Source: a virus (Duplodnaviria; Caudoviricetes). From it: a stretch of DNA of 60,865 bases. Of the stretch, positions 36,734 through 48,100 are shown in pieces (the first letter of the stretch is position 1; every line of letters begins with the position of its first letter). The notes beneath the pieces were generated by a model. It was not told the DNA's origin and ran no database searches. It saw only the letters and a program-made list of their open reading frames with translations. Location: positions 1 through 60,865 of IMG/VR virus record IMGVR_UViG_3300025093_001645; one strand, written 5' to 3'. Both the position numbers and the translations under genes were made by a program.

Positions 36734-36989
36734 ATACTATTATTCGTGTGAAAAATGTGATCACGTCTTTCGAGCATACCATGGTATAAAAGAAAATTTG
36801 CTTGACTGTCCTGAATGCAAACAAGCAAATTGCTTAAAAAAACAAATTAATAAAGTTTTTATAAAAAGTGAAGATCCGAAAGTCGTTGATCATAAAGTTG
36901 GAGAAATCACAAGACAAGCTATAGAAGAAAATAGAGAAATCTTAAGAACCAACAAAAAAGAAGCCAAGAGTGTAATTTATGAAAATTAA
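36726..36989 (+). CDS. FmdB-like zinc-ribbon protein
   Basis: MPKYYYSCEKCDHVF...CPEC. Confidence 0.85.
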   Translation: MPKYYYSCEKCDHVFRAYHGIKENLLDCPECKQANCLKKQINKVFIKSEDPKVVDHKVGEITRQAIEENREILRTNKKEAKSVIYEN

Positions 36990-37380
36990 TAATTTTATTA
37001 TAAGTCTATCTTTAATCCTGAATTCATGCTTGTTGGTATATTTGTTTGGCTTTTTGCACTTTTTCTTATTTATTTCTTTGCTTTTGAATATTTTTTCTGT
37101 CTATTATGTGTTTTTTTTGGTTAATGAGAAGAGAACTATACAAGAAGACTTTACTGATTTAATATCTAAAAACGAAGATTTTGCTGAACATTTAGTACAG
37201 ATATATGAGCTTGAAATGTTTTATGGAGATGAGACCCTAGAAGGACTTATGAAACACTCAAAGAGGCTTATCGACAACTATTACGATTACTACGAGAAAT
37301 ATTTTTCTTCTGATGATGAAGAAATGATGATAGAACAAGAAGATGAATTAAATGACCTCGAAACAAGAAACGAAAACTAA
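36979..37380 (+). CDS. Membrane protein (about 2 TM)
   Basis: Long hydrophobic N-terminus, acidic C-terminus. Confidence 0.7.
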   Translation: MKINNFIISLSLILNSCLLVYLFGFLHFFLFISLLLNIFSVYYVFFLVNEKRTIQEDFTDLISKNEDFAEHLVQIYELEMFYGDETLEGLMKHSKRLIDNYYDYYEKYFSSDDEEMMIEQEDELNDLETRNEN

Positions 37381-38089
37381 TCCTCCAAAGTTTAAAAAAA
37401 CTAGGAGAAAAAGAACTAAAAATTTATATTTTACCAAAGTTCATGAGGATGCAATCATAGCATATGCCCTCAGTGACTCAAAGGCAGAAAGAGCAAAACT
37501 TTACGGTGAATTTATAGGACCAGCATTTAGCGAAATGGTGGATAAAATTGTTTATACTTACAAATTTACAAATTTGCCCAATATTGATTACCTAAAAGAT
37601 GATTGTAAAATCTGGCTCACTACTATCTTGGACAAATATGATCCGAATAGAAAGTCAAAAGCTTTCTCTTATTTTAGTGTTATTACGAAAAATTGGTTTA
37701 TTCACAAAGTTAAACAAAATTCAAAAAAGCTAAAAAGAGAAAGGAATATTGATGATTGTGTGCACGTAGCTACAGACAAATATGAAAACTTAGTAATTGA
37801 AAATAGCTACATAGAAGATAGAACAAGACAAGAGTTTATGCAACATCTTCAAAATGAGATTTGTAAGTGGGAAAATCTTGATTTAAAAGAAAATGAAAGA
37901 AAAGTCCTAGAAGCGATAAAAATATTATTTGACTCAGCCCCGGATATTCAAATTTTTAATAAAAAAGCTATTTATCTATACATTAGGGAAATCACTGGCT
38001 TAAACACTAAACAAGTTGTCAACAACCTTAATAAGATAAGACAAAAATATAGGGCTTTTAAAAATAAATGGGAAAAAGACGAAATTTAG
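37352..38089 (+). CDS. Phage sigma factor-like protein (T4 gp55-like late sigma)
   Basis: LDKYDPNRKSKAFSYFSVITKNWFI resembles sigma region 2 and the gp55 F[AS]YF segment; located just before the structural module. Confidence 0.65.
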   Translation: MTSKQETKTNPPKFKKTRRKRTKNLYFTKVHEDAIIAYALSDSKAERAKLYGEFIGPAFSEMVDKIVYTYKFTNLPNIDYLKDDCKIWLTTILDKYDPNRKSKAFSYFSVITKNWFIHKVKQNSKKLKRERNIDDCVHVATDKYENLVIENSYIEDRTRQEFMQHLQNEICKWENLDLKENERKVLEAIKILFDSAPDIQIFNKKAIYLYIREITGLNTKQVVNNLNKIRQKYRAFKNKWEKDEI

Positions 38090-38370
38090 ATAACAATATT
38101 GACGCGCTAATAGAAGAAGGTCTCCAAAACATAAGACAAGATCGAGCAATGGCCTCAACGTTGTTGATTGACGTGATGAATCATATACAAAATGATAAGC
38201 ACGAACATAAAGAGATTGGACAAGTAGCTGCTAAATATCTTGAAACCCTACAAAGATCAAACGAACAATTAGTAAAAATAAGCACCTTGGTCCACAAGAA
38301 GACCTCCAATAAAGAAGGTTTATCTGATGCGGATAAAGAATCCCTATATGATCTGATAGGAGTAGAATAA
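38068..38370 (+). CDS. Hypothetical helical protein
   Basis: 100-aa ORF linking the sigma gene to the baseplate module. Confidence 0.7.
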   Translation: MGKRRNLDNNIDALIEEGLQNIRQDRAMASTLLIDVMNHIQNDKHEHKEIGQVAAKYLETLQRSNEQLVKISTLVHKKTSNKEGLSDADKESLYDLIGVE

Positions 38371-38373
38371 TCA

Positions 38374-41247
38374 ATGGCCGATATTCTTACCGAATTGGGA
38401 TACTCGTATGGTACTTTAAATCCTTTATGGAAGAAGAAATCACAGCCAATCTATACTACAAACTCTGATCCGCTTGAAATCTTAAGAAAAGAACTTAGAG
38501 ATCGTTTTAAAAACGATAGTACCAAGGGAGTTACGCGCTTTAAAGCAATCGTTCTTCGCGTTGAGAATCCTATCGGTGAAGATAAAGAAGCGGCAATGTC
38601 TTGGGCAGATCAATTAGCACAACTATTTGGATCTGAAGAAGAAATACGCTTAGTAGCGATTAAAGCAATGATTCCTGAGATACATGGCTCTATCTTGCCA
38701 ACTCCAAAAAGTTTAGGTACTGAAGACGGAGTAGGCGCAGATCATTCAGCCATCAATAAGTTTCCAACGTTCACAGCACAAAATACTGGTGTTAATGAAC
38801 CAAAGCCTGGAGAAGTTGTTTGGGTTACTTTCGAGGATATTGAAAATCTAGATCAAGGAGTTTTACTTGGAGGTCTCAAAGAAGGGCAAATCAATAATAT
38901 AGAGGAGCAAATATCAACACAGACTGCACGCTCAAGTTTTGATGCTTGTGGAAATGCGATATTTGGCGCCTCGTCTGCTAAAGGTTTATCTCTCAGCAAG
39001 ATTAATGTCGACATTGTTGGGAATTTTCCCGATTTACAGAACATTCGAACACCTGTTAATTTAGAAAAAGAAAGAGGTACGTTGCCTGTAGGTAAAGGCT
39101 TGTTTACCAACCTAACACCGTCTAGAGGAAAGAGATACCCTGTTAAGATAGCAGTTGAAGCCGGCCTAGATTGGGTTGCTGTTTTGGGCCTGTGGCAACG
39201 ATGGCCAAGCGTCAATGCCAAGGGAAAGAAAGATACAGTAGCGGATAAAGAAAAATTGAGACAATTTGTCAAAGATTTTCATAATGCGGGCATCAGAGTC
39301 TATCTTTGGGCTTATCCTAATCTTAGAAAACTTGATGAAATGATATCTTTTATCTTTCCTTTGGCATATGAAACTGGATGTCTAGGGGTCATCTATGATC
39401 CGGAAGCTGATATGATGGGAAAAGACAGCAAAGAGACTATTGCGCGTCTAACAAAGAATTGGATGGACAAAAGTATGCAACAAGCCAGAAAATATGGTTT
39501 GTGTTGTGGTGTTTCGAGCTATGAAATGCCAATATGGTTTAAAAAATTGGCCTTATCATCTATGAATGGTGCAGACTTTGTAATCCCCCAGTCTTATCGG
39601 GCAAAGGCTAAATACAAACCAAGAGGTATGATTATAGGTCTGCAAGCATATAAAGATGCAGGCTTTAAAAATATATTAGCTATGGGAAGTACGTATGGAG
39701 GTGGATATGAAACAATGTATCCTCAATATGCTAAGTCTCCTAAGCCACCGGAAGAGATTATCAGAAGAACCGGCTGGCTATTAGGTGATGAAGCACAAAA
39801 GCGTGTTGACTACAAGAAAGCATTAGGTTTTTGGAGCTGGGAAACCTCTCGTGTTCGTTACGCCGTATGGCCTCATGGTCGATTTGTAACACTAAAAAAT
39901 ATAGCAAATGAGCTTGAGAGATTTAAGAAAAATCCTGGATCAACCAATCCTCCTTTAAGCACAGCCGAAAAAGAAATTTCGGATGCATCAGCAGCAGAAA
40001 AAAAAGCAATTGACGAGAAAGTTACAGAAAATGTAAAAACATCAGAGTGGAGTACTTTTGTTCAAACTGCAGCCGACGTAACTGCAGATAGTATCAAACA
40101 ATCTGATGAGGCTTCTGAAGCAAAAAATGTCAAACAAACTCCTAAGTTGTCAACAATGCAGCAGAAAAAATTAGATGCTTATAGACAAATATACGAGATG
40201 AAAAGAAAAGAAGTCGAGGATTTGGAACTTCAAATAGAAGGATTAACAAGTACTGCTGTAAAGGGAACACCAGCGCATGCAGAAGCAGAAAAAGTAAAAA
40301 AATTGCTTAATATCAAAAAGCAAGAATTAAAATATGCTGAAACTCCATTGCGGAAATACGAAAAAAAATTAGGAATTCTAGCTAAAGCAGCCTCACCCTC
40401 GCCGCTACCCCCAGCAGTTGTATCTCCTAACTTATCAAATTCCGCCACACCCGGTTGTGATAAAAGTTCGGGTAGAAATCAAGGCGGCTTTCAGCCATCA
40501 TCAATTGGCTTTGAACATATAAAAGAATATAAATTTGATAATACTATTGTAGAGTTGTTGCCTGCGACACCATATGAGGAAAATCGTGTAAGAAATGGTG
40601 CTTTTATTCAAAAATTTTTAAAACCTGAATTGCTGGTAAAATATCGCGGCCGCCAAGTTCATACGCTAGTAGCTAAAAGAATTGAATTAATGAATCAAGC
40701 TTGGGTAAAGGAAACCGGAAGGCCAAAAATACATCTGGCTTCTGGGATTAGAGAACCCGGCGAATTAAGATATAAGTGGCTTCGAGGTAGAAGAGGAAAA
40801 AATTATCCATCAGTCAAAAAAGCACTAGAAAGAGATCCAAACATTTCGATTAAAGCATTATTCGATTTATATTTAATTGACGAATATGGGAGTGTTAGGG
40901 CTGGACGTACTTATAGAGCTTTTAATAGTCCGCACGAAACAGGATGTGCGTTTGATATATATTATAAAGATTCAACTGGCACTATTGTACAGCCGGTTTC
41001 AAAAACAAATAGTGCACAAAGAAAAACAAAGTTACATATTTGGATGATGAAAAATGCACATAAGTTTGGGATTACTCCTTATAAAGGAGAAGCCTGGCAC
41101 TGGGAAGTTCAACTAACCAGAAAAGCATGGTATACTGGGGAAGATTTCGTAACAGATGGTAATTATGCTGTAAAAGTAGTTGAAAAAAGTACTAAAACTA
41201 ATCGCTTAACTAATGACAAAATATGGTCGGGAAGTCCTTTTGAATAA
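38374..41247 (+). CDS. gp5-like tail-associated lysin: OB-like N-domain, putative glycoside hydrolase barrel, M15 peptidase
   Basis: PKPGEVVWVTFED; FHNAGIRVYLWAYP...GVIYDPE; ASGIR...SPHETGCAFDI...WMMKNAHKFG...EAWHWE. Confidence 0.8.
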   Translation: MADILTELGYSYGTLNPLWKKKSQPIYTTNSDPLEILRKELRDRFKNDSTKGVTRFKAIVLRVENPIGEDKEAAMSWADQLAQLFGSEEEIRLVAIKAMIPEIHGSILPTPKSLGTEDGVGADHSAINKFPTFTAQNTGVNEPKPGEVVWVTFEDIENLDQGVLLGGLKEGQINNIEEQISTQTARSSFDACGNAIFGASSAKGLSLSKINVDIVGNFPDLQNIRTPVNLEKERGTLPVGKGLFTNLTPSRGKRYPVKIAVEAGLDWVAVLGLWQRWPSVNAKGKKDTVADKEKLRQFVKDFHNAGIRVYLWAYPNLRKLDEMISFIFPLAYETGCLGVIYDPEADMMGKDSKETIARLTKNWMDKSMQQARKYGLCCGVSSYEMPIWFKKLALSSMNGADFVIPQSYRAKAKYKPRGMIIGLQAYKDAGFKNILAMGSTYGGGYETMYPQYAKSPKPPEEIIRRTGWLLGDEAQKRVDYKKALGFWSWETSRVRYAVWPHGRFVTLKNIANELERFKKNPGSTNPPLSTAEKEISDASAAEKKAIDEKVTENVKTSEWSTFVQTAADVTADSIKQSDEASEAKNVKQTPKLSTMQQKKLDAYRQIYEMKRKEVEDLELQIEGLTSTAVKGTPAHAEAEKVKKLLNIKKQELKYAETPLRKYEKKLGILAKAASPSPLPPAVVSPNLSNSATPGCDKSSGRNQGGFQPSSIGFEHIKEYKFDNTIVELLPATPYEENRVRNGAFIQKFLKPELLVKYRGRQVHTLVAKRIELMNQAWVKETGRPKIHLASGIREPGELRYKWLRGRRGKNYPSVKKALERDPNISIKALFDLYLIDEYGSVRAGRTYRAFNSPHETGCAFDIYYKDSTGTIVQPVSKTNSAQRKTKLHIWMMKNAHKFGITPYKGEAWHWEVQLTRKAWYTGEDFVTDGNYAVKVVEKSTKTNRLTNDKIWSGSPFE

Positions 41248-42170
41248 TGGCTAAATTTGCAATACAATTAAATTTTTTATCGCTTTTTAAAAAAAAATTT
41301 CTTGAAAAAACGGCTGGCACTACTAAAGGCCGCGGAATAAATAATTCGGATCTGGTAGAACCAATTCCTTCATATATAAAAGCTGATTGTGAAATTGTCA
41401 GAGAAGGCAAAAACAATACTTTTATTATTATGGGTCGCGACCGCCCAGGCGATCGTACTAGTGGATATGGAGGCAAAGGCGATACACAAGCAGGAATGAT
41501 TGATATATGCGTCGGCCGAATGGGTGCAGATGCGAAAGATGTCAACAAAAAAGGCGAAAAGCTTTATGCAGATCCGGATCTAAGAAGAGACGCTGCCAGG
41601 ATCTATATATCTCAAAAGGCCGATATTGATAGCTATTTTAAATTGGCTGAAGGTAAATTAGGCAATTCTGTAGCTAAATCTGCAATTGCCATAAAAGCAG
41701 ATGATATTCGTATTATTTCGCGACAAGGTATAAAATTAGTAACTGCTACCGATCCAAAAAACTCACAAGGTGGACTTGTTAAATCTGCTTCCGGAATTGA
41801 TTTAATAGCCGGAAATGATGATGCAGATATGCAGCCTTTAGTAAAGGGAGATAATTTAGCAGATTTCCTAGAGCAACTTGTGCATAAGATATCTGTTTTA
41901 GATGGAACATTAATTAATTATATTAACTATCAGCTTCAATTTAACGAAGGTGTTATGAATCATTATCATCGAAGTCCTTTCGGGGCAATAGTAACCAGTC
42001 CTGATATTGACGTCTTACCGTTCGTTGGGCCAAGTGTTGCAAACAAGCAGTTTGGAAATACGGCGGCTTCTTTAGCAAGACATAAATCGAATTTAAAAAA
42101 ATTAAGTAATAATTACTTAAATAAAGGCGCCAAAAAGTATATAAACTCTAGAAATAACAACACAAATTAA
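41247..42170 (+). CDS. Baseplate spike-like protein (gp5 C-terminal/gpV-like)
   Basis: Beta-rich repeats (AIAIKADDIRIISRQGIKLVT), QPLVKGDNL and an HYH (HxH) motif; lies between the lysin and gp25. Confidence 0.6.
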   Translation: MAKFAIQLNFLSLFKKKFLEKTAGTTKGRGINNSDLVEPIPSYIKADCEIVREGKNNTFIIMGRDRPGDRTSGYGGKGDTQAGMIDICVGRMGADAKDVNKKGEKLYADPDLRRDAARIYISQKADIDSYFKLAEGKLGNSVAKSAIAIKADDIRIISRQGIKLVTATDPKNSQGGLVKSASGIDLIAGNDDADMQPLVKGDNLADFLEQLVHKISVLDGTLINYINYQLQFNEGVMNHYHRSPFGAIVTSPDIDVLPFVGPSVANKQFGNTAASLARHKSNLKKLSNNYLNKGAKKYINSRNNNTN

Positions 42171-42178
42171 GCAAAACA

Positions 42179-45100
42179 ATGCCAGAAAAATTAATAACAT
42201 TAGATGATTTAAAATTAGTTGATGCCCCAAAAGCAGCAAACTATCTTGAGAGACTTGAAGCATTAGGAAGAACTGCGGATCTTGAGCGGCTTACTGTATT
42301 ACCAACACAGCTCGAAGGTGTCAATTTAACTCAATATGAAAATGCCTATATTACCGGCGATTTTGAAGATAAAACATTAGAAGAAACGTTATATGATTTT
42401 AATGGTAAAAATTTAATTGAAGATCCCAATGCTCCAAGTAGTATCAAAAATAATGGCTTTTTAACAATCTATTATTTAGTTAGACAAATTGTTGAATTTG
42501 GACCCCCTTTCAATGTTGAAAATGTACTAGAAAGCGTGCTTGGCAATTCTTTTAAGGGAGTATCTGAAGGAACTTTATTGCCGGCAACAATAGAAACACC
42601 CGAGGGCGAAGAAGAGAACCCAGAGTTTAAAAATAGAAAAATTGAAATTTCTATCAATAATGACAAGAGGGTAGTCAACGAGGCAGATTATGTTGCATTT
42701 ATTTCAAAATATCCACACGTGTTTGAAATAGGGCAAACTAGAATTAATATAATTGAGGCTCTCTCAAAAGAACCCTATACAACAGTCACAACATCAACTG
42801 TTGAAAACGTAATTCCATCTGGAACTGCATTACTTTTAAACCCTGGTTATGAAGATCCTCCAGATGGTACAATAATAGGCACTCACTTTGTTGATATTTC
42901 TTCGGATCCGAACAAAAATCAAAATCAAAAACTGCTCTTAAGAGAAGGGTATGTAAAGTCTTCGGTTACGAATTCAAAACTAAAAGATGGATACGATACC
43001 ATCTTTATACAAAAACAAGTTGAAAATTTTCAGCAAGTAGAAGAAAAGACTTTTAATCTTGATCAAACAGAGTTTAAAGGAGCAGCCTCCAGAGTATTGG
43101 CTCAATTATCACATCATACCAAAGTTGAAGTATTGGCGGAGGGTTTTGGAAAAAATGCAATTTTTTCTAAAGTAAGAATTTTAGATGCTCCGAACTCAAA
43201 AGATTTTGTTAATAATATTGGCCTAGTTGGATTTGTTGATTCTAGAGTTTTGAAGAGATATTCATCTTACATTAATGAGATGAGGTCTTACGTAACAATA
43301 CAGCCGGACACAGATTTTTCTTTTGATTTGGAATTACCTAAAATTGAAGTACCAGAGCCAAATGAAAGCTATATCGCTCCAGATTGGACAAATCTAGATG
43401 AATGCGAACCATATCTAGATGAAAAAGAGAACACCTATAATATTGCGCTAGAATACAAAACTGATAGCAGCGCATCTGATTATGATATAATTTTTAAAGG
43501 CGCGGCACAGCTTTTATCATATTATGGCAAAAAGTCAAATATAACTTTGCCTCCTGAGACCGCGATCACTTCTAATCAGCAGCCAGTATCGTTTGTAGGA
43601 AAGTTGCTCAAATTGAACAATGGTCTATTTGCAACCATTAAAGAAAGATGGTCATCTGATAGACAAGATAAATTAATAAAATATCTTGTAGCTATTCCGC
43701 GTACATATTTTGAACATCCATCTCTCGAAATTAATGAATTTAGAGCAGCCGTCCCAAGATTAGAAAAACTTACTGAAAAAACAGAAGGTCTTGCGGTTCA
43801 AGATGTAGGTTTCTGGTGGATTATAAAGACAAATAGATTAAAAACAACAATAAAGAGACTAAAGAAGATTATTGGCAAGGATTTTAAGCGACGCGCCACC
43901 CGAGCTGCAAAAGACGGATATGCATTAGTTCCGGAACCTAATTTCGATGAAGATGTAAAAATATTTGATCAAGTTTTGCCAAAATTACAGGATCTATTAA
44001 AGTTAAACGATGAAAAACTAGATCTAAAAAAACGAGATGTATTAGCAATTGGATTTGATCAAGAATATAGATTAAAAACTGCCATATTGCAGAGAAAAGA
44101 AGATGGCCAGATAATATCAAAATATCTAAGAAAAGGTATTAATTGTTTTGGCAAAGAAGAGCCATTTTCTAAGCCAAATATTAACGCATATCTACGCTAC
44201 TACCCGGAGATAAAAGATGCGATAAATAAAAAGAAATACCATGGCTTAGATATGGTAGTAAAGTTTACTTATCCTCCTCCTGAAATTGTTCTTAATGAAG
44301 CTTCTGATGCATCAAAGAAAAAACAATTCCCAACACAACCTAAGACGCCTAAAGAAGAAGATCTTTTGTCAACGGAAGCCAAGACTTATAAAACAAAAGC
44401 AGAGGTTCAAAAAGAAAACGAAAAGCTTATCGATCCTGTATTGAAAGAAAAAAAATATGAGGAAAGAAGAAGTGTTCAAATACCAAATAACGATTCGGTT
44501 CTAGACGATTTTGAGGCACTGCAAAGAATATCAAATTCAGAGATGATGTATGATACTGTCTTAAACAAAGTTAATTTTGAAGAATTTGTTTTTGCGGCTC
44601 AATCATGCGTTATGAAATTTATTCCACAAGCAGAAATTAATTTATTAGCTAGAAAACAAACTCTTAAGTCTTTGGGATATGTTGATCTTAAAAAACTACT
44701 CTTCAATAGTAAATTCCAAGCAGATTTAGCTGTAAAATGTCAAGTAGAAAATATAAGCCCTGAATTGGCTTCTAGAATAGAATTATTGGAATCGGAGTAT
44801 GATTTCTATGAAAATAAAGTAATATATTCTGAAATTGAGCTAGCAGGATTAGAAACTGGGATTAATGTAAATAGCGAAGATTTAGGATCTTTTGTACAAG
44901 AACAGGAATTGATTGTAGAAGATTTTAGTGAAATAGACAACCTAACAACAGAGTTTGAAGAACAACCTACAAATGCAGTGAAAAATTTAGTATCTGATTC
45001 TTCCGCTGCAAAAGACAAAAAAGATGCCCTAGATAAAGAATTAACAAATAGATTGATGGGCATCTTAAAAGAAATGGGCATTGAAGATTGTGTATTAGAA

Positions 45101-48100
45101 TTACTAGACGAGATGTCGGGCACAGAAATTTCTGCTGAGCTTGATGCGCAAGTGCTTGGTTTTGATTTAGGAGCAAAATTAAAAGCTTCAACATTTGATA
45201 AGACTTTGGAAGCAGAAGTTGATGATGTATTTAAGATTTCGGTAGCCCCACCAACTTTTGAAATGGCAGAGTTGCCAATGGATAATGATGATCCATTGTT
45301 AGAGATTGATGTTGTAGTTGAATCTGCAGCTGCGGCCCTTGTTGATACGATTACTTCACTTTTTAAATCTGTTATGACTGAATTTTTAAATACTTGTGCA
45401 GATATTGACTTGGGTGCTATATTATCCAACATAGGCAGTAAAGAAAATAATGCAAATGATAATCTAGGTGTAGACTCTACTTTTGCAGAAGATCTAACAG
45501 ATGAGCAAAGATTTGCAACGAGATCAGTGTTGATGCCTCCTACAGTGCTGGATGGATTGCAAACAAATAAGCCAGGCACACTTGATATATATCGTCTTTT
45601 AAGAGATCCTCGAACTGATATCGATATCATAAGTCATATCTTGGAGACGATGAATGAGATCCCAACAACCATATTGACAAGTGAGGCGCTAGAACTAATG
45701 GATGAACTATCATTAGCCCTAAGACCCTCAGAGGTATGCGCTATGCTATTGGGCACAGCCAAAAGTCCAATTTATAAATTAGTTTTAAAAATTGTTCGAA
45801 CTTCCGAATTGGAAAATATTAAAATAGTATTATCAAATACTGATAAAATAAAAGCTTTTTTCAAAGGCTTGGGTATGTTTATCGACCTTTCTTTTTGCAT
45901 TGAGCTTTCAAAAAATTTGTCTAATGTTGCAAATTATTGTGAAAATAAATTACAAGATGAATGGTATTGTCAACAATTAGAAAAGAAAGGCTTTTCCAAG
46001 GAAGAGTGTGAACAAATTATTTCTGGAAACACCGAAAGAGACAAGAGGCGCCTCGAAGCATTAAATGACTTGTTGAATGACGAGCTTTTATCAGAGGTCA
46101 CTCCCATATTATGTGCGGTAGGTAATACTGGAAATGAAAGTATTTTAAATACACCCCATATGGAGCAAATGGCAGACTCAGTGATTGGCCAAATGGTAGA
46201 TGGTGTCGCCGTAAAATTCGATATGGAAGTTCGTGGTGCAAAAGAATTATTTGTGGATGTCGAGCATATACCTGGAGGTGGTGACTTGCCTAGGCAGCCC
46301 CAGCTTGGAAGAGATTATTTAACTACTAATGGCCTAGGGGCTGGTTCTTATTCTAGAGCGCTCTTGCCACCTCATTTAGATAGAAAAAGCACCAGCGAGC
46401 TAGAAGAAATTATAGATAATCAAACTAAACAACCAGATGGCGCGCCAGAAGGTTTTGTGCCAGAAGAGGCATTGGAGCCGTATTTATTCCCGGCTGACGG
46501 ACCAACAGCTGTCAAATTGGCATTTGAAGGTAAGAAACCTTATCTCGTTGATTTTGGTAAACAATCAAGAAAATCGTGGCCACGAAATGATATAAACAAG
46601 AGAGTTGTAAATAAAAAACTACAAACAAGCTTGAAAATAGATAATTCAAATATTCTTTCACGAAGCCCAATTAACATAATTCCAAATATGCTAAATGGTT
46701 ATAAGCCAGAAACAGAATTTTTACTTAGCAGCAACGAACCAGCAAAACGTCATTTTACTATGATTGATAATCATAAATTAATAGAGGCAAACTATTCCAC
46801 ATATCTTCCAGTAGATATACAAGCAAAAGTATATACTTCTAAATATAGAGAAGACGCTGTGCAATTTTTGAAAGAGCAATATATTAATTTCGGCGAAGAC
46901 TCAGCTGGGTTGTTGCCGCAAGAAGCATGGGATGAAACTATTGATGGCTTCAGTATTGATGAAGATCAAATACCGAGCTTCTTGGATGTTATAGACAATT
47001 ATATTGAAAACATAAAAGATAATCTTCCTTATTCACCACCAGATTATATAGGATCAATTGGGGGAACAGGCTTTGCAGCCGAAGAACAAGATTTTGATCA
47101 AATCCTTTCTGAAGGAGCAGATTTATTCGGTGGCCTAAACGATGATGAAAAATCTAGTCTTAGTCAAGAATTACAACTATATTTACAAAAACAATATGGC
47201 CCAGATTGGAGCAAATTATATTACTATAGTTTAAATTTATTCCCTAGTCCAAAAGGGGCGCTAGAAAAAGATATATTTTATACAAATGATGTTGTTATGT
47301 TGCCTTATATAGAAGCAGCAGCCCAACTTACGGTCAATGAATTAAAGGAAAATACTCCTGAGACGTCAAAACTAGTGGAAATTAATTATCCTAAATATAT
47401 TCAATTAAAAGCAAATGATTTTATTCAACAGGTTGCCCCTAAATCAAGCGAAGAATTAAAATCGATTTATTCGAACATACCTTTGGATCAGATACACTTT
47501 AGATTATATAATCATAATAGTAATTTTACTCCGACATCACCCCCAGCCAATAGCGCAGATAATATACCTTTTGAAGTTCAATTAGTTAATGTAGATTTAA
47601 ATTTTAGACTTGGATTAAACACAGAGTGGCTTGAATATATTGAAGATTTTAGCCGAGCAGCAGAAACAAAAAATGTAAAAAATGAATCTGGATTAAATAT
47701 TGATGATATTGATACTGCAAAGCGTTTAAGTTTACAACAATATCTTTTAAGCAAAGTATTATCGACTTCTTTGCAAGATCTTTCTTTTTCTGATAAAAAC
47801 CTTCAAACAAATATTCTGTTGAGTACATTTGGGCTCGATACTGACGGCGACGGAGTTGATGATCTAGTGGTACCAATGCCAGAAGATGTCCAAGTAATTT
47901 CTCCTCTCACTGGCCGTAGAGAAAAGTTTGAAAAATCATGCTTAAAGATTTATGATTTAGTTTTTGCTTCTGCAGTTGATCGAATGTTAAAAAATATTGC
48001 CGACTCAGAGATTTTCAATATTGATATTTTTGACAAGCTAAATCTCTCTAACAATACAACGTCGCAGCAGTTTTTGGCAAAGATTTGTTTCCCACAGGAT

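Noticed and set aside
44806-45630. 274-aa minus-strand ORF
   Set aside because: Ser/Ile-rich antisense shadow of the acidic 3071-aa gene, with no motifs or expression signals.
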